Source: Clostridia bacterium
GTDB lineage: Bacteria > Bacillota > Clostridia > UBA1381 > UMGS1253
NCBI GenBank assembly: GCA_045636325.1
Contig: JAZTXH010000011.1
Span: 9,377 to 73,376 of the forward strand
Direction: 5' to 3'
Length of the DNA: 64,000 nt
Shown here: one piece after another, positions 1 through 10,215 of the stretch
How the letters are laid out: each line of letters begins with the position of its first letter
How positions within the stretch are numbered: position 1 is the first letter of the stretch
Notes under the pieces: generated by a model
Told to the model about the DNA's origin: nothing
What the model saw: the letters and a program-made list of their open reading frames with translations, nothing else
The model's database searches: none
Translations under genes and position numbers: made by a program

Positions 1-1113
1 TACATAATCGTCTGTGCCAAATCCGCTGCCAGGAACAACAGCTACCTTTTCACCCTCAAGAAATGCAAGTGCAAAATCGTCAGATGTGTTAATTTTAATT
101 CCGCCAATTTCTTTTCCTTTTAGAGCGGAAATATTCATCATCACATAAAACGCACCCTGAGGCATAGAAGCTGAAACACCGTCAATTTTATTAATTTCAG
201 AAATCATGTAGTCTCTTCTTTCTTTAAAGGCACACTTCATCTTTTCAATTTCATCGGAAGGTCCGTCAAGTGCCGCCACCGCTGCATACTGTGCTATAGA
301 ATTAGGGTTAGATGTTGCATGGCTCTGAATATTTGACATAATCTTTGCAATTTTTGCATTTGAAGCAGTGTATCCAATTCTCCAGCCGGTCATTGCATAA
401 GTTTTTGAAACACCATTTACTATAATAGTAAGGTCTTTAATTTTTTCATTAAAAGACGCTATACTCACATGTTTACCTTCATAAATAAGATGCTCATAAA
501 TTTCATCAGAAACAACATAAATATCATGCTCAACCGCAATTTCTGCAATTTTTAAAAGTTCATCCTCGGTATAAATCATACCTGTGGGATTACTGGGCGA
601 GTTTAAAACAATTGCTTTTGTTTTATCTGTAATTGCATTTTCAAATTCGTCAGGTGTAATTTTAAAGCCGTTAGACTCTGTTGTTGCAACTCCAACGGGT
701 ACACCATCAGCAATTTTAACCATTTCCGGATAGCTTACCCAGTAAGGTGCAGGAATAATTACCTCATCTCCCGGATTAAGAATTGCCATAAATACATTTA
801 CCAGAGAATGTTTAGCACCGTTTGAAACAACAATATTTTCAACTCCGTATTCTAAACCGTTTTCACGCGCAAACTTTCTTACAATAGCTTTTTTCAACTC
901 AACAGTACCGGATGCCGGAGTATATTTTGTAACTCCTTTTTTGATAGCTTCAATAGCTGCCTTTTTAATGTACTCCGGTGTGTCAAAATCAGGCTCACCA
1001 ACACCAAATCCAACAACATCCAATCCTTCTGCTTTCATAGCTTTTGCCTTGCTATCTATAGACATTGTGGGAGACGGGCTTATCTTTGCCGCCTTTACAG
1101 AAATATCACTCAT
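1..1113 (-). CDS. Class I PLP-dependent aminotransferase (aspartate aminotransferase-like), C-terminus cut by window edge
   Basis: Absent from the ORF track because it runs off the window. From ATG 1113-1111 (GGAGGG RBS, RC of ccctcc ~1122-1127) the minus strand reads MSDISVKAAKISPSPTMSIDSKAKAMKAEGLDVVGFGVGEPDFDTPEYIKKAAIEAIKKG... Spot-translation at both ends and around the PLP motif (not every codon read) is in frame across the 371 codons to position 1, where it reads ...LEGEKVAVVPGSGFGTDDYV. The PLP-lysine motif GVSKTYAMTGWRIGY is readable around 380-425. Confidence 0.85.
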   Translation of the reverse strand, partial: MSDISVKAAKISPSPTMSIDSKAKAMKAEGLDVVGFGVGEPDFDTPEYIKKAAIEAIKKGVTKYTPASGTVELKKAIVRKFARENGLEYGVENIVVSNGAKHSLVNVFMAILNPGDEVIIPAPYWVSYPEMVKIADGVPVGVATTESNGFKITPDEFENAITDKTKAIVLNSPSNPTGMIYTEDELLKIAEIAVEHDIYVVSDEIYEHLIYEGKHVSIASFNEKIKDLTIIVNGVSKTYAMTGWRIGYTASNAKIAKIMSNIQSHATSNPNSIAQYAAVAALDGPSDEIEKMKCAFKERRDYMISEINKIDGVSASMPQGAFYVMMNISALKGKEIGGIKINTSDDFALAFLEGEKVAVVPGSGFGTDDYV

Positions 1114-1241
1114 ATCATTTACCCTCCATGGTTTTTAATCATTTGTTCTATATTATAGCACATTCATTTAATTCATGCAAGAAATAAGATAAAATATTTT
1201 AAAAAATTAAGTGTATTTTTCTAAATGTTTATTTTTTTATG

Positions 1242-2087
1242 TTATTTTGAATAATTGACAAGTGTAATTTCTTTAATCTCTCCACGTTTTTTATATATAA
1301 ACGCATATTTCATATCATCGAAAGAAAAGTTTTCATTTTCAAAATCCACATCACCAAGAACATCAGGATAACTTCCCTGCTCTATTCCGTAAATGTCTGT
1401 TTTTTCAAATCTTGCTCTTGCATCGTTTTTATATGCATTATAAATGCTTATGCAAGCGTTTTGAGAAACATCAAAAATTTCACTTTCAGAGATTTTTCCG
1501 CTATTATTTGTCATTGTCAATATGCATTTGTCGTTATTAATTTTTGTTTTTAAAATATATCCGAAATAAACTTCATTTTTTGCGTTATTTTCTTCGCCAT
1601 ATAAATACCATGCCGCCTTTTCGGGTGTGGAAATCTGAACTTTAAAATCCCCGCTTTTATCTATATTGTCAAGACTTATTACAACCCTTATAAAATCAAC
1701 AGTCTCGTCAAACATAGTATCAATTATTATCATATCACCGCAGGATAACTCTTCCATGCTTGTTTTAATACCATTTACCTGACAGTCCTCTTCAACTACA
1801 AGGGGCTCTTTTTGAATTTTACCGTTCATAAAATACTCAATAAAGTAAACATCGTCATTATTATGCAGTCCTCTTCTGCATGAAACAACCATAACAATAT
1901 CTTCTGCGGTTTTTGGCACCGGCTGAGCGGAAATTTCTTTTTCGTAGCTTTCTGCAATACTTTTTATATCATTTAACATACACTTAAAGCCGAAGCTAAA
2001 AAAATCGGTTTTACCCTCTGCCATACATGCAATACCCGAATTTAAAACAATTATTACAGCAATTAACAACGTAAGTATCTTTTTCAT
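1242..2087 (-). CDS. Hypothetical secreted/exported protein
   Basis: ORF-track entry 1242..2108. Preferred start is ATG 2087, preceded by GGAGGG (RC of ccctcc 2093-2098). N-terminal signal-like hydrophobic stretch KKILTLLIAVIIVLNSGIACMA. No family recognised. Confidence 0.6.
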   Translation of the reverse strand: MKKILTLLIAVIIVLNSGIACMAEGKTDFFSFGFKCMLNDIKSIAESYEKEISAQPVPKTAEDIVMVVSCRRGLHNNDDVYFIEYFMNGKIQKEPLVVEEDCQVNGIKTSMEELSCGDMIIIDTMFDETVDFIRVVISLDNIDKSGDFKVQISTPEKAAWYLYGEENNAKNEVYFGYILKTKINNDKCILTMTNNSGKISESEIFDVSQNACISIYNAYKNDARARFEKTDIYGIEQGSYPDVLGDVDFENENFSFDDMKYAFIYKKRGEIKEITLVNYSK

Positions 2088-2104
2088 ATTTTCCCTCCGT
2101 AAAT

Positions 2105-3043
2105 TCATTTTAATCTTTTCATAAAGAAGTTTATAAGGTTTTCACCCATTATCTTTTTAACCTTTTCTTCACTGTAGTTAAGCTTTAAAAGTTCATCTGC
2201 AATTTTATAAACGCTCTGCGCCCCTTCAATTCCGTCTGCTATAATATCCATTCCGTCAAAATCACTGCCAAGGCCTAAGATATCTTTTGCACCCAGTGCC
2301 ATAAAATACTCAATATGTTTTATAATATCAGATACATCTGCCTTGCCGCCTTCCCTTAAAAAAGGCGGATAATAATTAATGCCTGCAAATCCATTTGCTT
2401 TTATTAAGTGTTTAATTTGCTCGTCTGTTATATTTCTTTTATGCTCACATAGCTTTCTTGCATTGGAATGTGTTACCATAATATTATGGGTATACTCACA
2501 TGAGTCCCAAAAAGTTTTTTCGCTTGCGTGTGAAAGGTCAGTAAGAATACCTTTTTCATCAAGCTTTTTTATAACCCTTTTCCCAAACTCGCTAAGGCCG
2601 GTATCAGTTTCGCATCCTGCCCCGCAGCCTATATTATTTTTGTAATTCCATGTAAGAGTTAAACACCTTACTCCGTTTTCATATAAAATGTTAATAAAGC
2701 TTTCATCAGCGCCTAATATTTCTCCACCTTCAACGCTGATAATGCCTGTATATTTATAATTTCTTATACTATATTCAATATCGGCTTTGCTTTTTGCAAG
2801 AAAAAATATTTTCTTGTTTTTTTCTGCCTGATGCTTTAAATTCTGAGCTGTTTCATAAAAGCGTTTTCTTATAAAACTCACATCTTTTTTTGGGTCAGTC
2901 CATATAGCAAACACCTGAAGATACCCCGAATATCCGCTAAGTCTTTTTAAATCAAAATGACTGCTGCTTTCATACAAATTAAATTTTCTGTACATTTCAC
3001 CCGCTGTATCACAATGGGCATCAGCAACAAAAATTTCATTCAT
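2105..3043 (-). CDS. Membrane dipeptidase (peptidase M19 / renal dipeptidase family)
   Basis: 312 aa with DAHCDT near the N-terminus, plus SVEGGE, THSNAR and GLGSDFDG motifs typical of M19 zinc dipeptidases. Confidence 0.8.
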   Translation of the reverse strand: MNEIFVADAHCDTAGEMYRKFNLYESSSHFDLKRLSGYSGYLQVFAIWTDPKKDVSFIRKRFYETAQNLKHQAEKNKKIFFLAKSKADIEYSIRNYKYTGIISVEGGEILGADESFINILYENGVRCLTLTWNYKNNIGCGAGCETDTGLSEFGKRVIKKLDEKGILTDLSHASEKTFWDSCEYTHNIMVTHSNARKLCEHKRNITDEQIKHLIKANGFAGINYYPPFLREGGKADVSDIIKHIEYFMALGAKDILGLGSDFDGMDIIADGIEGAQSVYKIADELLKLNYSEEKVKKIMGENLINFFMKRLK

Positions 3044-3423
3044 ACCTCTTCAAAAGCCCCTTCTATATAATTTATGCTTTCCAGCCTTATTTCACCGCTT
3101 TTGTTTTCCTTATGAAAAACCTCGCACACATCAAATCTTATGGCACTTTCAATATTATTTTCTTCTATGTATTTATATGCAGTTTTTATTATTTTTTGCC
3201 TTTTGCGCAGGTCAACAAATTCACAAGGGTACCCAAATGCAACACTCCGTCTTGCCTTTACCTCACAAAAAATAATGTATTCGTCTTTTTTTGCGACAAT
3301 GTCAATCTCACCAAATTTAGAATGATAATTAGTATCAATAATTTTATAACCGCATTTTTTCATATATTCTGCAGCATATTTTTCACCGATATCACCTATT
3401 GCAGTTGCTTTAATCTGCGACAT
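3040..3423 (-). CDS. yraN: YraN-family endonuclease-like protein (UPF0102)
   Basis: 127 aa. GEIDIVA and IFCEVKAR motifs. Overlaps the rnhB stop, matching the common rnhB-yraN pairing. Confidence 0.8.
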   Translation of the reverse strand: MSQIKATAIGDIGEKYAAEYMKKCGYKIIDTNYHSKFGEIDIVAKKDEYIIFCEVKARRSVAFGYPCEFVDLRKRQKIIKTAYKYIEENNIESAIRFDVCEVFHKENKSGEIRLESINYIEGAFEEV

Positions 3424-4030
3424 ATTCTCTTACTCCCTTGAAGCTTTTTCTGTGTATAGGAGACGGCCCGTATTTTTTTATAAGCTCCATATGCTCTTTT
3501 GTGCCGTATGCCTTATGTTTTTCAAAATTGTATTCAGGGTATTTCACTGCCATTTGTTGCATATACCTGTCACGGGAAACCTTAGCTAAAATTGATGCAG
3601 CCGCAATTGATGCAGAAAGCGCATCACCCTTGACAACAGTTTCGTGTGCAATTTCCATACCATTAATTCTGTTACCGTCTATTATAACATAGTCAGGCTT
3701 TATTTTAAGTCCATCCACTGCACCATTCATAGCTTTAAAAGTTGCATTAAGGATATTTATTTGGTCAATTTCTTCAGCCGACACCGGACACACGCAATAT
3801 GCCAACGCTTTATTAATTATTTCATCATAAAGCGCTTCTCTCTTTTTTTCTGTCAGCTTTTTTGAATCGTTAAGCCCCTCAATTGGATTTTTTTCATCTA
3901 AAATAACTGCCGCTGCATACACATCTCCTGCCAGTGGTCCTCTGCCTGCTTCATCAACTCCGGCAATAAGCTTATACCCCTGACTGCGAAGCCTTTTTTC
4001 TATTTCATACATATCGGTTGCTTCTTTCAT
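3410..4030 (-). CDS. rnhB: Ribonuclease HII
   Basis: GVDEAGRGPLAGDVYAAAV and DSKKL motifs. Preferred start is ATG 4030 with GGAGGG upstream; the ORF track extends to 4057. Confidence 0.9.
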   Translation of the reverse strand: MKEATDMYEIEKRLRSQGYKLIAGVDEAGRGPLAGDVYAAAVILDEKNPIEGLNDSKKLTEKKREALYDEIINKALAYCVCPVSAEEIDQINILNATFKAMNGAVDGLKIKPDYVIIDGNRINGMEIAHETVVKGDALSASIAAASILAKVSRDRYMQQMAVKYPEYNFEKHKAYGTKEHMELIKKYGPSPIHRKSFKGVREYVAD

Positions 4031-4169
4031 TTCTATCCCTCCGGATGCTAAAAACATTATTTTAATTTTAATAAGAAATATTTTATCATATTTTTTTATT
4101 TTTTTCTACCTTTTTTTAAAATTTTGTGTTATAATGTTATCAGTATTCATTCAGACTAAGGAGACAGGC

Positions 4170-4703
4170 ATGAAACACTTTTACAAAATAGAAGATTCAC
4201 TTGAAATAAAGCTTATAATTTTATACACTATGAATAAGGCAGATAAGCCTTTGACCTCTTCAGAGCTTACTCATATTATACTTGGCAGTGCAAAGATTAA
4301 CTTTTTTGATATTCATAAGGCAATGGATTTTTTAACCGAAGCAGACGAGGTTTATACAATTAACGACGAAAACAACCAGACTTATTACGCTCTTACCAAC
4401 GAGGGCAAGGTATGTGCAAATCATTTTTATGATATAATTCCCCTTGAGGTAAGAAATTATATTGATGACTGCCTTAAATCACTTTTCAAAGAGCACGAAG
4501 AAAAACGCCGTATGACTGCCGAAACAGTGCCGGTGGATTATGAATCATTTAATGCACAATTCTCACTTTCTGACGGCGATATTAAGCTTTTGGATTTATC
4601 GGTTTTTGCAGGTGATGAAGAACTTGCAAAAAAAATGTGTAAAAACTTTAAGGAAAATTCGATTGAGCTTTATGACATTATCTTAAAAATTCTTACTAAA
4701 TAA
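4170..4703 (+). CDS. DUF4364-like putative winged-helix regulator
   Basis: ORF-track 4134..4703. ATG 4170 follows AAGGAGA. The size and the N-terminal IKLIILYTMNKADKPLTSSELTHIIL pattern resemble clostridial DUF4364 proteins; this is recognition by eye only. Confidence 0.5.
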   Translation: MKHFYKIEDSLEIKLIILYTMNKADKPLTSSELTHIILGSAKINFFDIHKAMDFLTEADEVYTINDENNQTYYALTNEGKVCANHFYDIIPLEVRNYIDDCLKSLFKEHEEKRRMTAETVPVDYESFNAQFSLSDGDIKLLDLSVFAGDEELAKKMCKNFKENSIELYDIILKILTK

Positions 4704-4754
4704 TAAAATATTATATATGATTAAATGATGTATAATCCACTTTTGGCATATAAC

Positions 4755-4799
4755 AAAAAGAGATGGTTTTTAAAACAATTTAAAAATCATCTCTTTTTA
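4755..4799. terminator. Bidirectional rho-independent terminator between convergent genes
   Basis: aaaaagagatggttttt ... aaaaatcatctcttttt: stem gagatgg/tcatctc flanked by an A-run and a T-run. Confidence 0.6.
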
Positions 4800-4802
4800 T
4801 TT

Positions 4803-5729
4803 TTAGCCTGACAGCTTTCTTAATTTTTCAATTGTATCTTTAAAATAATCAGGTAAATCAACTTCAAATGCCATTTCCTCTTTAGTCTGAGGATGAATAA
4901 ACTTTATCTTTTTTGCGTGCAAAAGCTGACCTTCCAGCTTAAAGCTTTCTTTTTTGATGCCATATGTTTTATCGCCCACAACACTGTGACCTATATATGC
5001 CATATGCACTCTTATCTGATGGGTTCTGCCCGTTGAAAGCTTACATTCAACCAAAGTATATTTCCCAAGCCTTTCAATAACTTTAAAATGAGTAAGAGCA
5101 TCCCTTGAATTTTTTTGGGTAACACACATCTTTTTTCTGTCTTTATCGCTTCTGCCGATAGGCTGATTAATATCGCCCTCATCAAGCTTTACATTACCGT
5201 TTACCAATGCGTAATATATTCTTGAAAGACTTCTGTCTTTTAACTGGTCTGACAAAAATCTGTGGGCATCGTCATCCTTTGCAACAATTATAAGCCCTGA
5301 TGTATCCTTATCAATACGGTGCACAATACCCGGGCGCATAACACCGTTAATGCCTGACAGCTCATCACCGCAGTGATGCATAAGTGCATTAACAAGAGTC
5401 CCCGTATAATTGCCTGCCGCAGGATGCACCACCATCCCCTGCTTTTTATTTATAACAAGAAGGCTTTTATCTTCATAAACGATATCAAGCTTAATATCTT
5501 CACTTTCTATGTTAAGCATTTCAGGTGCGGGAATTGTAAGAATAATTTTTTCACCCACAGATACCTTATACTTTTTATCTGCCTTGCCCGATACCTTTAC
5601 GCACCCGTCTTCAATAAGCTTTGCCACCCTTGAACGGGATACTCTGTCACATACATCTGCAAGATAGCTGTCAAGTCTTTTTCCCGTATGCTCTTCTTCT
5701 ACTGTAAATTCCAGTATTTCTTCATTCAT
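4803..5729 (-). CDS. rluD: 23S rRNA pseudouridine synthase, RluA/RluD family
   Basis: N-terminal S4-like domain and catalytic HRIDKDTSGLIIVAK motif. Start is uncertain: ATG 5729 (MNEEILEF) is preferred; the ORF track extends to 5759. Confidence 0.85.
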   Translation of the reverse strand: MNEEILEFTVEEEHTGKRLDSYLADVCDRVSRSRVAKLIEDGCVKVSGKADKKYKVSVGEKIILTIPAPEMLNIESEDIKLDIVYEDKSLLVINKKQGMVVHPAAGNYTGTLVNALMHHCGDELSGINGVMRPGIVHRIDKDTSGLIIVAKDDDAHRFLSDQLKDRSLSRIYYALVNGNVKLDEGDINQPIGRSDKDRKKMCVTQKNSRDALTHFKVIERLGKYTLVECKLSTGRTHQIRVHMAYIGHSVVGDKTYGIKKESFKLEGQLLHAKKIKFIHPQTKEEMAFEVDLPDYFKDTIEKLRKLSG

Positions 5730-6201
5730 TGTCTTCATCCTTTTTTTCTTTGTCGGCAAAAAATATCATATAAATTATTATAAGAGCGCCGCCGCACGTA
5801 ACAAAAATATCCGCTAAATTAAAAACCGGAAAAGTAATAAAAGCAAAGTTTATAAAGTCTATAACATATCCTAGAAAAATTCTGTCAATCAAATTTCCTA
5901 TTCCGCCTGACACAATCAAAAGCACCGACAAATTAAGCATAAAGCCTTTTTTCTTTGTTCTTGCAAAAAAGAAAAGTAAAACCCCTATCATTAAAATAGG
6001 TGCTATAATCAAAAAAAGTCTCTGCCCTGAGAACGAACTGAATGCCGCTCCCGTATTTGTTGTATAATAAAAATCTATTATTCCCGGAATAACTTCAACA
6101 GTGCCGCGCCCTAAAAGCTTTATCGTAGCAAAATATTTTGCTATCTGGTCTGCGCTCACTAAAAGCACTCCTGCTATAATCCAATAAAAAACCGATACCA
6201 T
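5722..6201 (-). CDS. lspA: Lipoprotein signal peptidase II
   Basis: 159 aa, four hydrophobic segments, with NTGAAFS, GNLIDR and VIDFI motifs. Confidence 0.9.
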   Translation of the reverse strand: MVSVFYWIIAGVLLVSADQIAKYFATIKLLGRGTVEVIPGIIDFYYTTNTGAAFSSFSGQRLFLIIAPILMIGVLLFFFARTKKKGFMLNLSVLLIVSGGIGNLIDRIFLGYVIDFINFAFITFPVFNLADIFVTCGGALIIIYMIFFADKEKKDEDNE

Positions 6202-6219
6202 ATCTATTTCTCTCCGAAT

Positions 6220-7293
6220 TTATTTCATAATTTTTCTTATTCCTGCTTTAATTTCTTCTTCTGTAATATCGTTTGTAATTTTAACTGAGCCTTCACCAAT
6301 GGGTAAAACAAATTTTATTTTATCTCCCACCTTTTTCTTATCCTTTTTCATATAAGAAATAACTTCTTCCTCCGTTATTCCGTCAACAGATAAACAAAGC
6401 CCGTAAAGCTTTATTGCGTTTAACATTCTGTCTGCATAAGAATCTGAAATACAGTTTCTCATTTTCGCAATTTCAAATATTCCAATCATTCCAAGCGCCA
6501 CACATTCGCCGTGCAAAAGCTCAAAATTTTTGGCACTTTCTATTCCATGACCTATTGTATGCCCGAAATTTAAAATCATACGAAGCCCCTGCTCCGTTTC
6601 GTCTTTTGAAACAACATCAGCTTTTATTCTGCAGCACGTATAAATCATTTCTGAGATATATTTGTGCGAAAGCTTTTTTATATCCTCATGATTTTTTTCA
6701 AGAAAACTTAAAAAATTAATATCATAAATGGCACAATATTTTATAACCTCACCCATTCCCGCTTTAAATTCTCTCTCAGGCAAAGTTTTAAGAGTAGAGG
6801 TCGAAATATAAACCAATTCAGGCTGTTTAAATGCACCGATTATGTTTTTAGCGCCACAATAGTCAATTCCAACCTTGCCTCCAACACTGCTGTCGACTTG
6901 CGCAAGAAGTGTTGTAGGCATTTGTATAAAAGATATTCCGCGCATAAAAGTAGCCGCCGCAAAGCCCGCCATATCGCCGCACACACCCCCGCCAAGGGCA
7001 ATTATACAGCTTTTTCTGTCAAGTCCGTTTTCAAGACAGCAGTCATATATCTTCTGTATGGTAGAGATATTTTTGCTTTTTTCGCCTGCTTCAAACACGC
7101 ATACTCCTACATTAGAAATTTTACTTTCAACAATTTCTTTAACTTCTTTTAAAAACAGTTTTTCAACATTTGAATCAGTTACAATAACCGCTTTTGTAAA
7201 ATTCTTTTCTATACATTTTTTTAGGCCGGTAAATCCATCTTCAATACATATATTATAACTTCTGCTATTTAAGTCTACATTCAGCTTTTGCAT
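6220..7293 (-). CDS. aroB: 3-dehydroquinate synthase
   Basis: 357 aa. GGGVCGDMAGFAAATFMRGISFIQMPTTLLAQVDSSVGGKVGID is the canonical AroB core. Confidence 0.9.
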   Translation of the reverse strand: MQKLNVDLNSRSYNICIEDGFTGLKKCIEKNFTKAVIVTDSNVEKLFLKEVKEIVESKISNVGVCVFEAGEKSKNISTIQKIYDCCLENGLDRKSCIIALGGGVCGDMAGFAAATFMRGISFIQMPTTLLAQVDSSVGGKVGIDYCGAKNIIGAFKQPELVYISTSTLKTLPEREFKAGMGEVIKYCAIYDINFLSFLEKNHEDIKKLSHKYISEMIYTCCRIKADVVSKDETEQGLRMILNFGHTIGHGIESAKNFELLHGECVALGMIGIFEIAKMRNCISDSYADRMLNAIKLYGLCLSVDGITEEEVISYMKKDKKKVGDKIKFVLPIGEGSVKITNDITEEEIKAGIRKIMK

Positions 7294-7333
7294 ATTTCTC
7301 GCTCCATTTGCCGATTTTCATTTAATTAAAAGC

Positions 7334-7365
7334 AGCTCCAAAGGCATCTTTGTGCCGATGGAGCT
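7334..7365 (-). terminator. Hairpin downstream of divIVA (probable terminator)
   Basis: agctcca(7334-7340)...tggagct(7359-7365) with an inner ggca/tgcc pairing. Only a short T-run follows on the minus strand. Confidence 0.4.
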
Positions 7366-7391
7366 AAATATTTTCATCTTATATTCAAGCC

Positions 7392-7859
7392 TTATTCATT
7401 ACCCGGCTCAACAATTCCCTCAACAACCTTAAGCTGTGCTTCAAGGAAAGTTTTCATATACTCTCTGTAATCAAGCATTTTCTGCCTTGATTCAGCATAG
7501 CATTTATTTAATTTATCAATTTCTTCGTTAGCTTCTTTTATAATTGCATTAGCTCTTGTGCGCGCATCTTCAACAAGCTTTTCTGCTTTAAGCTGTGCTT
7601 CGCAAACGATAGCTTCACCGTCACCTGAAGTCCCGGAAACTTCATCGCTTTCAGGAACACACGCAATCGCAGGTTCGCTTTGAAGCCTTGCAATTTCACT
7701 TTCAAGACCTGCAATTTTCTCACGCATATAAAAATAACTTTTATATAAATTTTCATAATCATTTAAAAGAATACCCATAAAATCTTCAACATCGTCACGG
7801 TTGTATCCGCTCATAGTTCTTTTAAATTCTCTGTTTTCAATATCCAAAGGTGTCAACAT
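7392..7859 (-). CDS. divIVA: DivIVA-domain cell-division protein
   Basis: MLTPLDIENREFKRTMSGYNRDDVEDFM is the DivIVA N-terminal signature, followed by a coiled-coil remainder. ATG 7859 follows GGGAAGGGGG; the ORF track extends to 7904. Confidence 0.85.
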   Translation of the reverse strand: MLTPLDIENREFKRTMSGYNRDDVEDFMGILLNDYENLYKSYFYMREKIAGLESEIARLQSEPAIACVPESDEVSGTSGDGEAIVCEAQLKAEKLVEDARTRANAIIKEANEEIDKLNKCYAESRQKMLDYREYMKTFLEAQLKVVEGIVEPGNE

Positions 7860-7900
7860 ATTATATATACCCCCTTCCCTTACTGAGCACAAAACCTTAC

Positions 7901-8665
7901 TCATACATATTTTTCAATATCAATAAATAATCTGCCTTTTTTAGATGTGCCGCTGACATCTAAAAATTTTACTTTTCCATATCCCCTGACAGATATTATA
8001 TCATCTGAATTTAATTTTACATCAGTTTTTAAACATTCCTCGTAATTAACCTTTACACAGCCTGACTCAATAAGCTCAACAGAACTTCCCCTTGACAATC
8101 TGTATATGGCGCTTATAATGCCGTCAAGCCTCACTGATGCCACATTCACACTTTCTTTCAAAACCTTTTTCTCAGTAAAATCTTCTGCGTTTCCTTCAAA
8201 GTGTTTACAATCTACACTGTTTCTTCCCACACTTGAAAGATTGTAAATAATATAATCACTTATATCGTTTTTGCAAAACACAAGCGCCTGACCATCTTTA
8301 ATTAATATATCGCCTATTACATCACGTGTAATTCCCATTCCAAGAATTGCCCCAAGATAGTCTCTATGACTAAGATTTGCGCCAAATTTTCCCTTTTGGC
8401 TTATCAAAATCTTATCTATTTCAGTTTCATGCTCATCCATCCAGTCAGGATATGCAAAAAACATCACTCTTTCAGCATCCTCGTATCCACCAAAAAAGTC
8501 AACTTTTACCCCATATGGCAATTTAAGATTTCTCTTAATAAATATTGCCGAAGCAGGGTCTGTAAAATTACTCTGGCACACCGAGCCGCGCTTTTGACAA
8601 ATTTTGCACGCATCTTCAATTTTCGAAAGTAAAAGTTTTCTTTCTTCTTTTGTTTTATCCATCAT
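7901..8665 (-). CDS. ylmH: YlmH-like RNA-binding (S4 domain) protein
   Basis: 254 aa with a C-terminal S4-like segment VRLDGIISAIYRLSRGSSVELIESGCVKVN. Sits in the conserved position between yggT and divIVA. Confidence 0.75.
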   Translation of the reverse strand: MMDKTKEERKLLLSKIEDACKICQKRGSVCQSNFTDPASAIFIKRNLKLPYGVKVDFFGGYEDAERVMFFAYPDWMDEHETEIDKILISQKGKFGANLSHRDYLGAILGMGITRDVIGDILIKDGQALVFCKNDISDYIIYNLSSVGRNSVDCKHFEGNAEDFTEKKVLKESVNVASVRLDGIISAIYRLSRGSSVELIESGCVKVNYEECLKTDVKLNSDDIISVRGYGKVKFLDVSGTSKKGRLFIDIEKYV

Positions 8666-8682
8666 TAAGCACTATCCGCCTT

Positions 8683-8967
8683 TTACATCAATCCCATGCC
8701 TACTTTTGTTTCCATAAGACGCTGATTAATATACCATATCAGGACATATATCAAAAATGCATCTATATCAAAAAACAGCTTTTTCTTCCCCGTCAGTTTT
8801 TTTATGGGGTAACCTATAATAAAAGTAAAGGGCATTGTTACCGTATAAAATGCCCTGTATGCTTTATTCTCATCAGTAGTAAAACATGAAATAAGGCAAC
8901 GCAGGATAAGCAAAATTCTTAAAATTCTGCAAACCCATAAACCGATTTCCAACCAAACAGCTGCCAT
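8683..8967 (-). CDS. yggT: YggT/YlmG-family membrane protein
   Basis: 94 aa, two hydrophobic segments. Conserved position sepF-yggT-ylmH. Confidence 0.7.
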   Translation of the reverse strand: MAAVWLEIGLWVCRILRILLILRCLISCFTTDENKAYRAFYTVTMPFTFIIGYPIKKLTGKKKLFFDIDAFLIYVLIWYINQRLMETKVGMGLM

Positions 8968-8983
8968 TTTCTACCTCTCAATA

Positions 8984-9433
8984 TCAGGAATTCCAACTGC
9001 TGAAAAGTCCTTTATTTTTAAGCTCGTCCTTAAAATCACCCATAATGCTTACATTATAAGGTGCAATAAGGAATATACCTGCAGAAACCTTCTGAATATT
9101 ACCATCAAGACCATAAACCGCACCGCTTAGGAAATCTACCACACGGCGTGCAACATCTGTGTCAAGGTCTTCAAGATTAATTATAACAGGTTTCTTTGTT
9201 TTCAGGTGGTCTGCAATACCTTTTGCATCATCAAAATTTTCAGGCTGCATAACAACAACCTTAAGCTGTGTTGTTGCATGAATGTTAACAACCTTATTCT
9301 TTCTTCCGAAGCTGCTCTTTAATTCGGGTTCGTCATCTTCTTGGCGGTTTACATCATCCCATACATCAATATCTGCATCTGTACCTTCAGTGCCCAAACC
9401 TACCATATCTTTTATAGCGTCAATAAATCCCAT
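8984..9433 (-). CDS. sepF: Cell division protein SepF
   Basis: 149 aa. C-terminal DUF552-type core VVVMQPENFDDAKGIADHLKTKKPVIINLEDLD...DFLSGAVYGLDG. Confidence 0.9.
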   Translation of the reverse strand: MGFIDAIKDMVGLGTEGTDADIDVWDDVNRQEDDEPELKSSFGRKNKVVNIHATTQLKVVVMQPENFDDAKGIADHLKTKKPVIINLEDLDTDVARRVVDFLSGAVYGLDGNIQKVSAGIFLIAPYNVSIMGDFKDELKNKGLFSSWNS

Positions 9434-9493
9434 TATACGTTCCTCCTTATAATTGCTTTAATTATAAATTTTCTATTGATATTTTCTCTTTTT

Positions 9494-10198
9494 CTATTGA
9501 TAATTCCTCTTTCCGAAGATTGCACTTCCCACCCTTATCATATTCGCACCGGCTAAAACTGCATCTTCAAAATCAGAGCTCATACCCATAGACAAAATCT
9601 CCATATCTATATTATCATATTTATTTGCTTTAATGTCAATATACAGTTTACGGGTGTTATCAAAATGTAATCTTGGTGTTACATTGTTGACATATATCGG
9701 AGCAATCGTCATAATTCCTTTGACTTTTACATTTTCAAGCGCTGATGCATGCTTAAGCAATGAGTCTAATTCTTCAGGGGCACACCCGAATTTACTTTCT
9801 TCCCCTGATGTGTTCACTTGAAGCAAAATTTTTTGCACTGCATCCGCTTTTTTTGCCTGTTTTTGAATTTCATCTAACAATTCTGCAGAATCAACCGAAT
9901 GGATAAGCTCTACTTTGCCAGCAATATATTTCACCTTATTTTTTTGCAGATGACCTATAATGTGCCACTCTTTCGGGAAAACTTCAGTATACTTTTCCAT
10001 AAGCTCCTGAACTCGGTTTTCACCTGCTATGTCTACCCCGCAATTAATTGCATATTCTATATCGCTTGCAGGAAATTTTTTTGTTACGCAAACAAGAGAA
10101 ATTTCCTCGCTTTTCCTGCCGGCTTTTTTACAGGCGATATTTATTCTTTCTTTAACCTTTTTTATATTTTCGCTTATCTCAAATTCCCGACTGTTCAT
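9494..10198 (-). CDS. yggS: YggS/YlmE-family PLP-binding protein
   Basis: 234 aa alanine-racemase-N-fold pattern (LVCVTKKF, GENRVQE, HIIGHLQKNKVK). Confidence 0.9.
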   Translation of the reverse strand: MNSREFEISENIKKVKERINIACKKAGRKSEEISLVCVTKKFPASDIEYAINCGVDIAGENRVQELMEKYTEVFPKEWHIIGHLQKNKVKYIAGKVELIHSVDSAELLDEIQKQAKKADAVQKILLQVNTSGEESKFGCAPEELDSLLKHASALENVKVKGIMTIAPIYVNNVTPRLHFDNTRKLYIDIKANKYDNIDMEILSMGMSSDFEDAVLAGANMIRVGSAIFGKRNYQ

Positions 10199-10215
10199 AT
10201 CAATCTTCTTCTCCG

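Noticed and set aside
7538-7762. 74-aa same-strand ORF nested inside divIVA in another frame
   Set aside because: It lies entirely within a gene that has a clear DivIVA signature, and it has no RBS. It is an alternative-frame artefact.
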